Assembly: GCA_963801165.1 (NCBI GenBank)
Contig: CAWDDT010000010.1
Location: forward strand, 32,001 to 96,000
Direction: 5' to 3'
DNA: 64,000 nucleotides
Origin: an uncultured bacterium
Lineage (GTDB): Bacteria > Actinomycetota > Acidimicrobiia > Spongiisociales > UBA5794
Positions 1 to 10,058 of this stretch are shown in pieces. How positions within the stretch are numbered: the first letter of the stretch is position 1; every line of letters begins with the position of its first letter. The notes under the pieces are model-generated. The model ran no database searches and was not told the origin of the DNA. It worked only from the letters and a program-made list of their open reading frames with translations. The position numbers and the translations under genes were made by a program.

Positions 1-211
1 GCGGGACGTCGAGGCCCTATTCGGCCGCTTCGGTAAGGTCCATCAGGCGACTGTTATCACCGACAGGCGCACCGGCCGGTCCAAGGGATATGGCTTTGTC
101 GACATGGCGGACACCTCCGCCCGAGAGGCTCTGGCCGCGTTGAACGGCTCATCCATGAATGGCCGGGACCTCATGGTCAAGTTCGCTGAGCCGCGCCGCT
201 TCGGTGGGTGA
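1..211 (+). CDS. RNA-binding protein, RRM domain (5' partial)
   Basis: Not in the ORF track. The frame from nt 2 reads RDVEALFGRFGKVHQATVITDRRTGRSKGYGFVDM...LNGSSMNGRDLMVKFAEPRRFGG*, containing the RNP1 motif KGYGFV. Confidence 0.9.
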   Translation, partial: RDVEALFGRFGKVHQATVITDRRTGRSKGYGFVDMADTSAREALAALNGSSMNGRDLMVKFAEPRRFGG

Positions 212-229
212 CGCAGTCCGCACGACGGC

Positions 230-338
230 GTAACTGCGAAGAGCGGTAACTGCGAAGAGCGGTAACTGCGAAGAGCGGTAACTACGAAGAGCCGTAACTA
301 CGAAGAGCCGTAACTACGAAGAGCCGTAACTACGAAGA
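230..338. repeat. 16-bp tandem repeat GTAACT(G/A)CGAAGAGC(G/C), about 7 copies
   Basis: Read directly. Three copies of one variant are followed by four of a second (last truncated); there are no spacers. Confidence 0.95.
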
Positions 339-359
339 AATGAATCAAAGGAATACCGA

Positions 360-572
360 ATGACGGTAGAACACACCTCGCGCTCACGCGCCGACCTCAA
401 CAACCTCCGCAGGGGGACCACATACATCGCCACCACGGCCACGGGCACAACCGTCGGTGAGTATCTCGGGATGGAGGCGCCCTACGGCGCCCGTGCCGTT
501 TTGCTCCGCGACCCGGCCGGGACGGAGTCGATCAACCAAAACGAGATCGTGTCCATCGAACCTGCCGCCTAG
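360..572 (+). CDS. small hypothetical protein (70 aa)
   Basis: AAGGA upstream of the ATG, GC-rich codon usage, fills the gap between neighbours. Confidence 0.6.
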   Translation: MTVEHTSRSRADLNNLRRGTTYIATTATGTTVGEYLGMEAPYGARAVLLRDPAGTESINQNEIVSIEPAA

Positions 573-603
573 CGGGTGCCTGCCCGCGTAGTGTGGGTAT
601 CGC

Positions 604-1112
604 ATGATTCGCGCCTACGTCGATGACGACCTGGACGAGCTGCTCGGTGTCTGGTACGCGGTATCGGTGAGCGCACACTCATTTCTCACCGAAGAGTTCC
701 TTGCGACGGAGCGGCGCCAGATTGCCGAGCGCTGGCTCCCCATCTCCGAGACGATGGTCCACGACACCGGGGGACGTGTTGTCGGGTTCCTCTCGCTGAT
801 CGGCACCGAGGTCGGCGGTATCTTCGTCGATCCCGACTGCCAGCGACGGGGTATCGCCACGGCCCTCTGGACGCCGCTCTCGTCACATGCCCGGTCCTCG
901 AACTGAGCGTGTTCGAAGCCAACGCGATCGGCCGCAGCTTCTACGAGGCATATGGCTTCGAGCCGGTAGACAGACGGATCAATGAGGAGACGGGGTACCC
1001 CGAGCTGCGTCTCCGTTACGAACCAGACGACCTGAATCGCCCGGCCGCCGACCGCCCAGCCCGCGGGCGCTTTCGCGGGCTATCCGGCGGTGGGCTCGCT
1101 GGGGGCAGGTAG
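604..1112 (+). pseudogene. GNAT acetyltransferase split by a 1-nt frameshift near 867 (possible assembly error)
   Basis: The N part has IFVDPDCQRRGIATAL (acetyl-CoA motif A). A shifted frame continues DAALVTCPVLELSVFEANAIGRSFYEAYGF (motif B). Confidence 0.75.
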
Positions 1113-1874
1113 ATCGACACCGCTGAGCCGGGCGCACGCCTCCACCAGTCCATGTTGGGACGCCTCGACCGTAGCCGGTCCGGGAAAGCTCAACCCGGCC
1201 ATGTGCCGCATGAACCGCCCGGAGCGAAGGGCAGCCGGATCGTCGCTCGTGGCCAGCCACACCTGGGTCGCTGCTCCCGTGCGGACATCGGTTGGAGCGC
1301 CGGCGCCACCCATCCGTGTCTTCACCCAGCCCGGGCAGACGGCGGATACCAAGGTGTCGGGATACCGCCGGGCGATCGCCAGCGACAGTGCCAGCAGACA
1401 CACCTTCGAGTCCTGGTAGGCGCCTGTTCCCGACCAGGGGCGGTGATCTCTTTGCAGGTCGTCGAGCACGATGTCGCCGCCGGACGCCATGCCCGACGAG
1501 ATGTAGATGAGGCGGGACGGGAGCGGGATGCGGCCGGTGAGCACATACGGGGCAAGCACGTTGACCTGAAATGTGCGCTCCAGCCCGTCGTCCGTGTCGA
1601 CCCGCCCGCCCGATTCGTATACCCCGGCGTTGTGTATCACGGCGTCGAGCGGCCCGTAGGTCTCGATCGCCTCGGCGACAGCGCTTGTCTCGACCAGGCT
1701 CGTCAGATCGCCAATGATCACGGGCGTATCGAGCGAAGCGCGGACATCCGCAGCTCGCTCGTCGTTGCGGGCATGCACGATGGCTCTGTGGCCTGATTCG
1801 AGAAGCATCTCGGCCGTCGCCAGGCCGATGCCCTCCGTTGAGCCGGTTACGAAGACCGTCTTGGTGGAACTCAC
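1080..1874 (-). CDS. SDR family oxidoreductase
   Basis: TGSTEGIG, HNAG and YQDSK motifs. The GTG start overlaps the upstream stop (GTGA). Confidence 0.85.
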   Translation of the reverse strand: MSSTKTVFVTGSTEGIGLATAEMLLESGHRAIVHARNDERAADVRASLDTPVIIGDLTSLVETSAVAEAIETYGPLDAVIHNAGVYESGGRVDTDDGLERTFQVNVLAPYVLTGRIPLPSRLIYISSGMASGGDIVLDDLQRDHRPWSGTGAYQDSKVCLLALSLAIARRYPDTLVSAVCPGWVKTRMGGAGAPTDVRTGAATQVWLATSDDPAALRSGRFMRHMAGLSFPGPATVEASQHGLVEACARLSGVDLPAPSEPTAG

Positions 1875-2578
1875 ACCTTGCCGAACACGGGGATGGTCGC
1901 GCCGTTGATGATCTCCGACGCAGGGCTGAGCAGGAAGTCGAGTACCTCGGCGATCTCGCCCGGCTTGGGCCAGTGCATGTAGTCGGCGTAGGGGAGTGCC
2001 CGCCTCGTCGCCTGGGTATCGATGAGCGAAGGCACCAGCACATTGGCCGTCACGTTCGTGTCGTCGAGCTCCTTGGCCAGCGTCTGCACAAGGGAGGTGA
2101 CAGCCGCCTTGGACGCATTGAACATGGCCTGTCCGGCGGGATTGTCGGTAGCAGCCCGGCTCCCGATGGCGACGATCCGACCCCACTCCACGTCGCGGAT
2201 GTACGGCAGGGCCGCCCGCAAGACATAGAAGGTCGACCTGAGGTTGAGGTCGATCATCCTGTCGAAACGGACCGGGTCGGTCTCGGCAACGTCGCGGCCC
2301 CCCGCCCACCCCCCGACGAGTGCAGTCACCACGTTCGGCGGTCCGAAGATCGCGACGACGTCTTTGAACATGGACTCGACCGCCTCGGCGTCGGTGCAAT
2401 CACAGCGGCGCAGGATCAGGCGGTCCTCATCGAGATCGAGCTCGTCCTCGAGCTTGCGAGCTTCTTCTGGAATCAGGTACGTGGCGGCGATCTTGAAGTC
2501 GCGCCGTACGAGATAGGGGATAAGAGCGCGGCCGACACCTCCGGTGCCGCCGGTGACGACAGCTACGTTCTCTTGCAT
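1871..2578 (-). CDS. SDR family oxidoreductase
   Basis: MQENVAVVTGGTGGVG start. The YxxxK position reads FNASK. Confidence 0.85.
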   Translation of the reverse strand: MQENVAVVTGGTGGVGRALIPYLVRRDFKIAATYLIPEEARKLEDELDLDEDRLILRRCDCTDAEAVESMFKDVVAIFGPPNVVTALVGGWAGGRDVAETDPVRFDRMIDLNLRSTFYVLRAALPYIRDVEWGRIVAIGSRAATDNPAGQAMFNASKAAVTSLVQTLAKELDDTNVTANVLVPSLIDTQATRRALPYADYMHWPKPGEIAEVLDFLLSPASEIINGATIPVFGKV

Positions 2579-2619
2579 GGCAGACAGCCTAGTGGCGCAG
2601 GCAAAAACCGCACGCTTGC

Positions 2620-3720
2620 CTACACGTCGATGGCAACAATCCCCAACCGCGCCAGTGCGGACTCGAGCAAATCGGGATCGGCCACCGAGTGCATCGCAGC
2701 GGCACCACGGAACTGGTTGGTCCCTGCTGTGATCATGTCGCACAGAGCCGTCGCCGGAAATGCCGTCGTCCGGGCGAGCGAAGAAAACCGATCGTCGCTA
2801 CGGGCTTCAACTCGACGCTCGCGGCGATAGCCGGGCGCCGACGCTACGACACTGATCAACGTGACGTCGGGAGCCCCGGACGGGAGGTTCTCGGTCAGCA
2901 ATTCGATCAGCAAGTCCCGCGGTGCGACACCGTTGGCGCGTTGCTCGGTCGCAAAGAAACCGATCTCGCGGAGCGCGGCGAACACGACCCCGTGGCCCCA
3001 GTACCGGATTGTCTTGTACTCGAGGCCGTTGAGTCGGCCCTGGTACTCGAGACACATGGTCGAGGTTCCACCGGCGGTCGAGAAAGCCTCCAACTCCCCG
3101 AAGCCCGGCCAGATGACGCGTTCGGTGCGCCCGAGCGGTTCGACGGTCGTTGCCACGCCGCCGGCGATGATCTCGCATGGCTCGGCATATTCGTTGATCA
3201 GACCTCCGGCATAGAACGCCAGTTGATAGCCGAGGCTGCCGATCGGCTCTTGCGGGAGCACTCCTACCCGGATCTGGACGTCGAGGCCCTCGGCCGGCGC
3301 CCCGGCAATCATGCCGGCGGCGAGGACGTTGGCGTAGCCGGGTGCCAGCCCGCAGTCGGGAACCACGGCAACATTCGCATCACGAGCCGCAGTGTCCAGC
3401 CGGAGTTGCCGTTGGACGATGCTCGGGTTGCCGCCGAAGTCGAAATAGTGGCACCCGTTGCCGACTGCCGCAGTCGCCAGACCTTCGCCGTACAGATACG
3501 GAACTGCCGAGACGACACAGTCGACGGCAGCCAGCGCCTCATCGATGGCCGCGGAGTCGGTGACGTCGACCTGACTCCATGCTACCCCCAGCTCGTCGCC
3601 GACGTCCCGGGCCGCTTCTAGAGAGACGTCTGCGACGGTGACTTCGTGTCCCCGACGATCGAGATCCGAGGCGGCTGCTCTGCCAACGATCCCGGCACCG
3701 AGTACCAATGACCGGGTCAC
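2620..3720 (-). CDS. saccharopine dehydrogenase / lysine 6-dehydrogenase family protein
   Basis: LGAGIVG Rossmann fold, DCGLAPG, GLINEY and YKTIRY motifs. Confidence 0.85.
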   Translation of the reverse strand: MTRSLVLGAGIVGRAAASDLDRRGHEVTVADVSLEAARDVGDELGVAWSQVDVTDSAAIDEALAAVDCVVSAVPYLYGEGLATAAVGNGCHYFDFGGNPSIVQRQLRLDTAARDANVAVVPDCGLAPGYANVLAAGMIAGAPAEGLDVQIRVGVLPQEPIGSLGYQLAFYAGGLINEYAEPCEIIAGGVATTVEPLGRTERVIWPGFGELEAFSTAGGTSTMCLEYQGRLNGLEYKTIRYWGHGVVFAALREIGFFATEQRANGVAPRDLLIELLTENLPSGAPDVTLISVVASAPGYRRERRVEARSDDRFSSLARTTAFPATALCDMITAGTNQFRGAAAMHSVADPDLLESALARLGIVAIDV

Positions 3721-4481
3721 GGTGTGATCCTTTTGAACGACTCTGCGGCGCCGAGACCCACAGCCGCACCCTGGTTGCGCGCCCACTCGGTCATCCTGGC
3801 GACGAATACGTCCCGATTCTCGTCGCTTAGCTCGGCCCCGCCCATCGTCGTTGTGCCCTGCGAGGAATGGCAGAGAAGCGCCGCGATCTTGTCATCGAAG
3901 GCCATAGTGATGTCCTCCCAGTGGTCGGGTTCGTCGGCCGACCAGAGTAGGACCGCGGCGGGCCGGTGGGCGGGCAAATCCAGCTCGGGGAAAAAGAGGT
4001 GATCGCGAGCGGCGATGACACCGTCCATGACGGCCCAGCCGGTGGCGCGATGGTCGGGGTGCAGCTGGTATCGCTGCCACGGATCGTGGCTCAGTACCAC
4101 ATCCGGTCGCACCTCCCGGATCTGCCGGCACATCTCCCGGCGCAAATCCATCGAGTACTCGAGCTCGCCGTCGACGCGCTCGAGGTGGCGCACCTCGTGA
4201 GCGCCGAGCCGATCGGCGGCGGCCTTTTGTTCAGCAATGCGGGTTGCTGCCAGTTCGGCCGGGTCGGTCTGGGGATCCCAGGAACCCTTGGAGCCATCGG
4301 TGACGACCAGCATGGTGACCCGGCAACCGGCGGCGGCCCACTTGGCGAGGGTGCCTCCCGAACCGAACTCGATGTCGTCGGGGTGTGCCCCGATAGCGAG
4401 GGCGCGGTCCGGGACCGCGAGTGGAGCCGGGCGCTTGTCGAGCTCGTCGTAGACACCGGTTCCGGCAGATGTATCGGTCAT
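3717..4481 (-). CDS. PIG-L/LmbE family deacetylase
   Basis: AHPDD, HPDH and HSSQ motifs. Confidence 0.9.
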   Translation of the reverse strand: MTDTSAGTGVYDELDKRPAPLAVPDRALAIGAHPDDIEFGSGGTLAKWAAAGCRVTMLVVTDGSKGSWDPQTDPAELAATRIAEQKAAADRLGAHEVRHLERVDGELEYSMDLRREMCRQIREVRPDVVLSHDPWQRYQLHPDHRATGWAVMDGVIAARDHLFFPELDLPAHRPAAVLLWSADEPDHWEDITMAFDDKIAALLCHSSQGTTTMGGAELSDENRDVFVARMTEWARNQGAAVGLGAAESFKRITP

Positions 4482-4504
4482 GGGCGGAGGCTAGTGCGAA
4501 AGCC

Positions 4505-5108
4505 CTACACCAGCGCCCGCAGCCAGCGACCTGAGGGCAGGGCCAGCGCCCTGCTCAGATCGTGCGACGTGTCGAGATCGAGCGCCAATTGCGGATTGAC
4601 CTCCACCGATACCGGAGCGTTGTATGCCAGGTGACGATGGAAGCTGCCGTCGCCGTAGGCGAAGCGGAACTCCGCGTCGTGACCGGCGATGATATTCGTG
4701 CCGCCGTTGTAGGAAGGGACGAGAACCGTGCGGGTACGGCACCGATCGAACACCGCTGCGAGCGCCCCTGGAGTCACGAGCGGCAAATCGGCGTGGATGA
4801 CTGCCCACGGACGCTGTCGCCGCACCGCCTCGATCACGACGGATTCTGCGGCGCCGTCGAGACCGCTCTGCCCCGAGAGTCTCTCGTCGATAACGAGGTA
4901 CCCGTTGCTGCGGGCCCAGGAGGAGACGCCGGCGTCGCCGGTGACGATGGCGACAAGCGCTCCGGCATCGGTTGCGGCCGCGGCCGTATGCGCCGCCACG
5001 GCTCGTCCCAGACGGGAGCGTGTCGCGCTCGTCGAGCCGGTCACCCAGCCGGCGTTTGGCGACACCGAATGGCTTGACGGGGAGGGCCGCCAGGATCGCT
5101 TTGCTCAT
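4505..5108 (-). pseudogene. cofC: CofC-like 2-phospho-L-lactate/PEP guanylyltransferase with a frameshift near 5027 (possible assembly error)
   Basis: The N-terminus LPVKPFGVAKRRL is in one frame. ADLP, GGTN, YGDGSF.RH and DLDT are in the next. Confidence 0.75.
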
Positions 5109-5148
5109 CGGACGAAGACTATATCCAGTGTCGGGCGCTTGGTTGGGT

Positions 5149-6594
5149 ATGGTTCGGGCCGTGAGAAAGACAAAGATCATCGCAACGCTCGGTCCTGCCG
5201 TCTCCAGCTATGAGGCGATCCGGGAACTGGTCGCTGCCGGCATGGACGTTGCCCGGCTCAATTTTTCCCACGGTGACTACGGCGCACATCGCCGATTCAC
5301 CGATTGGGTGCGCGGGGCCGCCGCCGAGCTGAACAAGTCGGTGGCGATACTTCAGGACATCCAGGGCCCCCGCATCAGGGTCGGGACGTTTCCCGGCGGC
5401 TCTGTCACGCTGGAGCCGGGAAGTGAGGTCGTCCTTCGTGCCGGTGTGGCCCAAGGCTCGGCCCAGGAGGTACACATCGAGAATCTCCACGCGGCTCGTC
5501 TCAGCCCCGGCTCTTCGGTCCTGATGTCTGATGGGCTCATCTCTGTCCGCGTCAAGTCCTGGGACGGGGAAACGGCGCATGGCGAGGTGGTCGAGGGCGG
5601 GCTTCTGCGTGATCACAAGGGGGTCGCGTTCCCGGGAGCGATCATCGATGTGCCGGCCGTTTCCGATAAGGATGTCGCCGATCTGGCTTTCGGGCGAACC
5701 CTCGAGGTCGACTATGTGGCGGCGTCGTTCGTGTCGTCGGGTCTGGACGTCAAACGGGTCAAGAACCTGGTTCCCGGGACACCGGTGATCGCCAAGATCG
5801 AGAGTGTCGTGGGGTTAGGAAACCTCGACGACATTCTCAGCGAGGCGTACGGGGCGATGGTGGCCAGGGGAGACCTCGGTGTCGAGCTCTCTTATGCGGC
5901 GGTGCCGAGGGCACAGAAGGCGATCCTCAACAAAAGCAACGCCAGGGCCAAAATCTCAATCACGGCAACCGAGATGCTGGAGTCGATGAACACCTCGCCC
6001 CGACCGACCCGGGCCGAGGTGAGCGACGTGGCTACCGCGGTCCTCGACGGCAGCGATGCGGTGATGCTGTCTTCCGAAACCGCGGTTGGCAAGTACCCGA
6101 CCCGGGCGGTGGCGGCCATGGCGAGCATCTGCGTCGAGGCGGAGGCGAGCCCGGATTACGGGCGGGGTCCTGAGATCCATTTCCTCGAAGACCGCGCCCG
6201 GTTCGCTTCGGCGACTGCGCAGGCATGTGTCGACGCCGCAGAGAACCTCGACCTGAGGGCCATTGTCGCCTTCACCGAATCCGGCAGCACCGCCCGGCTC
6301 ATCTCGAAGTACCGCCCCCACACCGACATATTCGCCTACACGCCCCGGGAGGGGACCTACCGGCGCATGGCGCTCTACTCGGGCGTCACCCCGCTGCGGT
6401 TCGGCGGGGTGGACTCAACGGACCTCATGATCGAGCACGCTGAGACGAGTCTGCTCGAGCTGGGGATCGTGCAACCGGGCGACGGTGTCGTCATCGCTGC
6501 GGGCATCCCACCCAACCAGGCGGCGACGACGAACCTGATGAAGCTGCATTCGATAGGCGCCTCGACCGCAACGGTCAATCAACCGCCGGTTTAG
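5149..6594 (+). CDS. pyk: pyruvate kinase
   Basis: RKTKIIATLGP, ARLNFSHG, MVARGDLGVE, PTRAEVSDVA and DAVMLS motifs. Confidence 0.97.
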   Translation: MVRAVRKTKIIATLGPAVSSYEAIRELVAAGMDVARLNFSHGDYGAHRRFTDWVRGAAAELNKSVAILQDIQGPRIRVGTFPGGSVTLEPGSEVVLRAGVAQGSAQEVHIENLHAARLSPGSSVLMSDGLISVRVKSWDGETAHGEVVEGGLLRDHKGVAFPGAIIDVPAVSDKDVADLAFGRTLEVDYVAASFVSSGLDVKRVKNLVPGTPVIAKIESVVGLGNLDDILSEAYGAMVARGDLGVELSYAAVPRAQKAILNKSNARAKISITATEMLESMNTSPRPTRAEVSDVATAVLDGSDAVMLSSETAVGKYPTRAVAAMASICVEAEASPDYGRGPEIHFLEDRARFASATAQACVDAAENLDLRAIVAFTESGSTARLISKYRPHTDIFAYTPREGTYRRMALYSGVTPLRFGGVDSTDLMIEHAETSLLELGIVQPGDGVVIAAGIPPNQAATTNLMKLHSIGASTATVNQPPV

Positions 6595-7615
6595 CACCAT
6601 TCGGGGCGATCTCACCCGAGCCCCGCTCGATTAGCGGGTGCCCGACGATGATCTGCTGCCGCGGTTGGCTGCCGCCGTCGATCTGGCCGAAGAGAAGCTC
6701 GGCCGCCTGCCGTCCCAACTCCTTCGGTTTCTGTGGAATCACCGAGATGGCGGGTTCGACCACTTCAGCGAAGTCGATGTCGTCGAATCCGACCACAGCG
6801 ATCTCGTGTTGGAGACCGAGGTCGTGGAGTGCTGTGACGACACCCATCGTGACCAGGTTCTGTGCCGTGAAGACCGCGGTGATGTGCGAGTCCGAGCGGA
6901 GCAGGTCGGTACCTATGACCCGCCAATCCGCGTCGGTGTGGCTGCCGGCCAGAATGCGATGATCGGGGACCTCGACCCCTGCCGCTGCCATGGCATCGGC
7001 GAATCCGCGGAGCCGGTGTCGCGCCGACATGATGTCCGGATTGTCACCCAGGTAGGCGATGTTGCGGTGGCCATGGCCGAGTAGGTGCTCGGTAGCCGTC
7101 CGGGCGCCTCCGTAGTGATCGCTGCGAACGAGGTCGACGGATTGCTCGAACTCGATGTCGAGGTCGACCAGCACCACCGGCGAGCCGCGCTCGATCTCGG
7201 CGCGGAGCAGATCATCGCCACCACCGGAGGGGATGACGACCATGCCGTCGACCCGGCGCCCGATGAAGCGCTCGACGAGTTGCCGCTCTCTGGTGGGGGA
7301 GCCGTCGGTGCTCCCGGCGAGTACCAGATAGTCGCGAGCACTTGCCACCTCTTCGATGCCGCGCAAGATCGATGAGAAGAACGGGTTGGCCACGTCGGCG
7401 AGAACGAACCCGATAGTGCCGGTTCTGGCTGCCGACTGGCGCAGACGCCGGGCTCGATCGTCCGGCCGGTAGTCGAGCTCGGCGACGGCAGCTTCGACCC
7501 GCCTGGTGAAGTCGGGGCTGACGCCGCCCTCGCCGTTAACTACCCGCGACACGGTCTTGAGACTCACACCGGCCCTGCGAGCGACATCGTGCATTGTGGG
7601 GCGTCTTGACGGCAT
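6575..7615 (-). CDS. LacI family transcriptional regulator
   Basis: TMHDVARRAGVSLKTVSRVVN helix-turn-helix plus a periplasmic-binding-like domain. Confidence 0.95.
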   Translation of the reverse strand: MPSRRPTMHDVARRAGVSLKTVSRVVNGEGGVSPDFTRRVEAAVAELDYRPDDRARRLRQSAARTGTIGFVLADVANPFFSSILRGIEEVASARDYLVLAGSTDGSPTRERQLVERFIGRRVDGMVVIPSGGGDDLLRAEIERGSPVVLVDLDIEFEQSVDLVRSDHYGGARTATEHLLGHGHRNIAYLGDNPDIMSARHRLRGFADAMAAAGVEVPDHRILAGSHTDADWRVIGTDLLRSDSHITAVFTAQNLVTMGVVTALHDLGLQHEIAVVGFDDIDFAEVVEPAISVIPQKPKELGRQAAELLFGQIDGGSQPRQQIIVGHPLIERGSGEIAPNGAKPAVD

Positions 7616-7666
7616 GGTCGACAGAACCGGCTTTCGGGTGGATATATGTAGCAAGGTTCGCAAAGT

Positions 7667-7715
7667 TTGACAACGTTGTCAATGTATTCGTATGATTGCG
7701 CTGACAACGTTGTCA
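7667..7715. promoter_or_regulatory. two LacI-type operators: TTGACAACGTTGTCAA (7667-7682) and TGACAACGTTGTCA (7702-7715)
   Basis: Perfect palindromes with a central CG, between the divergent LacI gene and the ABC operon. Confidence 0.85.
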
Positions 7716-7750
7716 AAGACACGTTGCAAAGCTCAATTGGGAGGAAACAA

Positions 7751-8887
7751 ATGAGCAACGTCCCCACGTCGAAGCTATCGTGGCGCCTCGCCGCAATGGT
7801 CTTCGCTCTGGTGATGGCGATCGCGGCATGTGGCGGTGACGACACGGCGTCCACCACGACAACCGCGGCGCCTGCGGATGGAGGAAGCGCAACGACGCAA
7901 GCCACGGGTGGCACCGTCGGCGTTTCGCTCATCCTCAAGAACACCAGCAATCCGTTCTTCGTGTCTATGGCCGATTCGGCGCAGGCAGAAGCCGATTCGA
8001 TCGGCGTCAGCCTGACCGTTGCGGCCGGCAAGGAAGACGGTGACACGCAGAGCCAGATCGATGCGATCGAGGCCGCAGTCGCCCGTGGCGACAAGGGCAT
8101 CCTGATCACCCCGAGCGGCCCGGCAGTCGTCCCTGCCCTCGATTCGGCACGGGCAGCCGGTCTGTATGTGATCGCCCTCGACACGCCACCGGATCCGGCG
8201 ACAGCAGTCGACATCACGTTCGCTACTGACAACTATCTGGCCGGTCAGTTGATTGGTCAATGGACCGCGGGAACCCTCAACGGAGAGAAGGCGACAATCG
8301 CCATGCTCGACCTGTTCAACGATCAGGTCGTCTCCGTCGACTACTACCGGGATCAGGGATTCCTCAACGGCATGGGCATCGTCGACTCGGTCGACACCAG
8401 CGGCAACGGTCACGAGCCGGCCACCGGCAGCTACAGCGGTGGCGACTATGAGGTCGTTTGCCACGAGCCCACCAACGGTGCCGTAGACGGCGGCAAGTCC
8501 GCTATGGAGACCTGTCTGGCGCAGAACCCCGACATCAACGTCGTGTACACCATCAACGAGCCGGCGGCACAGGGCGCCGAGGATGCGTTGACTGCAGCCG
8601 GTGCTGCCGAGGGTGTCATCATCGTGTCGGTCGACGGTGGCTGTGAGCCCGGTCTTCGTCTCGTGTCCGAGGGCGTCATCGGCGCCACGTCACAGCAATA
8701 TCCCGGCAAGATGGCCACGCTGGGTATGCAGGCGATCAAGACTCTGGCCGACGGCGGCGCAGCTCCTGAGGTGACTCCCGGTCTCGACTTCTACAACACG
8801 GGCGTCAACCTCGTCACGGATGCACCGGTTGCCGGTGTCGACAGCATCTCCGTAGCCGAGGGCCAGGGGATCTGCTGGGGCGGATGA
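7751..8887 (+). CDS. sugar ABC transporter substrate-binding lipoprotein (FrcB-like, fructose/mannose/ribose type)
   Basis: Lipobox IAAC, NPFFVSM, ATDNY and VYTINEP motifs. Confidence 0.9.
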   Translation: MSNVPTSKLSWRLAAMVFALVMAIAACGGDDTASTTTTAAPADGGSATTQATGGTVGVSLILKNTSNPFFVSMADSAQAEADSIGVSLTVAAGKEDGDTQSQIDAIEAAVARGDKGILITPSGPAVVPALDSARAAGLYVIALDTPPDPATAVDITFATDNYLAGQLIGQWTAGTLNGEKATIAMLDLFNDQVVSVDYYRDQGFLNGMGIVDSVDTSGNGHEPATGSYSGGDYEVVCHEPTNGAVDGGKSAMETCLAQNPDINVVYTINEPAAQGAEDALTAAGAAEGVIIVSVDGGCEPGLRLVSEGVIGATSQQYPGKMATLGMQAIKTLADGGAAPEVTPGLDFYNTGVNLVTDAPVAGVDSISVAEGQGICWGG

Positions 8888-8910
8888 GCCATTAGCTAGC
8901 ACGTAAACAC

Positions 8911-8953
8911 GAGCAGGGCGGTTCAACGGCCCTCCGGTTGCACCGCCCTGCTC
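8911..8953 (+). terminator. stem-loop after the binding-protein gene
   Basis: GAGCAGGGCGGT...ACCGCCCTGCTC inverted repeat. Such hairpins often stabilise binding-protein mRNA. Confidence 0.6.
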
Positions 8954-8999
8954 AATCTCTGTACGCTCACGCACATGTTCGCGTGGATGTGGGAGTCCA

Positions 9000-10058
9000 A
9001 TGGATAGCAACCCGACTGCGGATAGCAAACCGAGTGCGGACGACACCCTTGCCAGCCTGACCCATCAACCCAGGACGGTGCTCGACCGTATCCAGCACCT
9101 CCTCCACCGTTACCCGGTCATCAGCCCGGCGTTCGTACTGTTCGGGTCGGCGATCGTGTTCACGATTATGGGCAATGGGCGCTTCCAGCGTCCCGAGACG
9201 ATTGGCATCATCCTTCAGCAGACGGCCGTCATGGCGACGCTCGCCGTCGGCCAAACCCTCATCATTCTCACTGCCGGCATCGACCTCGCCGTTGGCACGG
9301 GCATGCTGCTCACCCATCTGGTTATCGCCAAGCTGGTGGCCGACCAGGGTGTGGCTCCAATCCTCGCTCTTCTGATCGGCGCCCTGGTCGGGCTGGGCTT
9401 GGGTGCGTTCCATGGCTTTGTCGTCACCAAGGTGAGGCTGCCGCCGTTCATCGTCACCCTCGGCACGTTCTACATCTTCAACTCGATCGGTCTGGTCTAC
9501 AGCAAGGCCCAGACCACCTCCAAGGAAGCGCTCGGAGGTCAGAAGTCCTTGCTGCTGTTCACCGGGAGGCAGATAAGCCTCGGTTCGATGCGGATCACCT
9601 GGGGGGTGATCATCGCACTCGGCCTCTACATCCTGGTCGCATACGTACTGGCAAACACTTCCTGGGGTCTTCACGTCTACGCCACCGGTGACGATCCGGA
9701 GGCGGCACGGCTCGCCGGTATCAATGTGAACCGTGTGCTATTCAGCGTTTACGTGGTTGCCGGTCTCATCTACGCCCTCGGCGGTTGGGTGCAACTCGGC
9801 AGGTCTCTCTCGGCAAGCTCGAACGCCGCCACCGACGTCAACCTGGAGACCATCACCGCAGTTGTCATCGGCGGCACCAGCCTGTTCGGCGGCCGGGGCC
9901 GCATCTGGGGTACCTTGGTCGGAGCGCTGATCGTGACGGTGTTCAGGATCGGCCTCAAGCTGGGCGGTGTCGACGCCTACTACCAGAACTTCGCCATCGG
10001 CTCGCTGATTCTCATCGCCGTGGCGCTCGACCAGTGGATTAGGAGGGTAGGGAGATGA
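9000..10058 (+). CDS. sugar ABC transporter permease (FrcC/RbsC-like)
   Basis: GIDL, PPFIVTLG and AVVIGGTSLFGG motifs, hydrophobic. Confidence 0.93.
   Translation: MDSNPTADSKPSADDTLASLTHQPRTVLDRIQHLLHRYPVISPAFVLFGSAIVFTIMGNGRFQRPETIGIILQQTAVMATLAVGQTLIILTAGIDLAVGTGMLLTHLVIAKLVADQGVAPILALLIGALVGLGLGAFHGFVVTKVRLPPFIVTLGTFYIFNSIGLVYSKAQTTSKEALGGQKSLLLFTGRQISLGSMRITWGVIIALGLYILVAYVLANTSWGLHVYATGDDPEAARLAGINVNRVLFSVYVVAGLIYALGGWVQLGRSLSASSNAATDVNLETITAVVIGGTSLFGGRGRIWGTLVGALIVTVFRIGLKLGGVDAYYQNFAIGSLILIAVALDQWIRRVGR

Noticed and set aside
230-338. Possible CRISPR array (also 34497-34560 and 63926-64000)
   Set aside because: The units are contiguous 16-17 bp repeats with no unique spacers, and no cas operon is present.
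860-875. Programmed ribosomal frameshifting in GNAT, cofC or the spondin gene
   Set aside because: No slippery heptamer is present at the shift sites, so sequencing indels are more parsimonious.
1080-2399. 439-aa ORF as a single long SDR
   Set aside because: Its N-terminal part overlaps the upstream SDR in another frame. The real start is the GTG at 1874.
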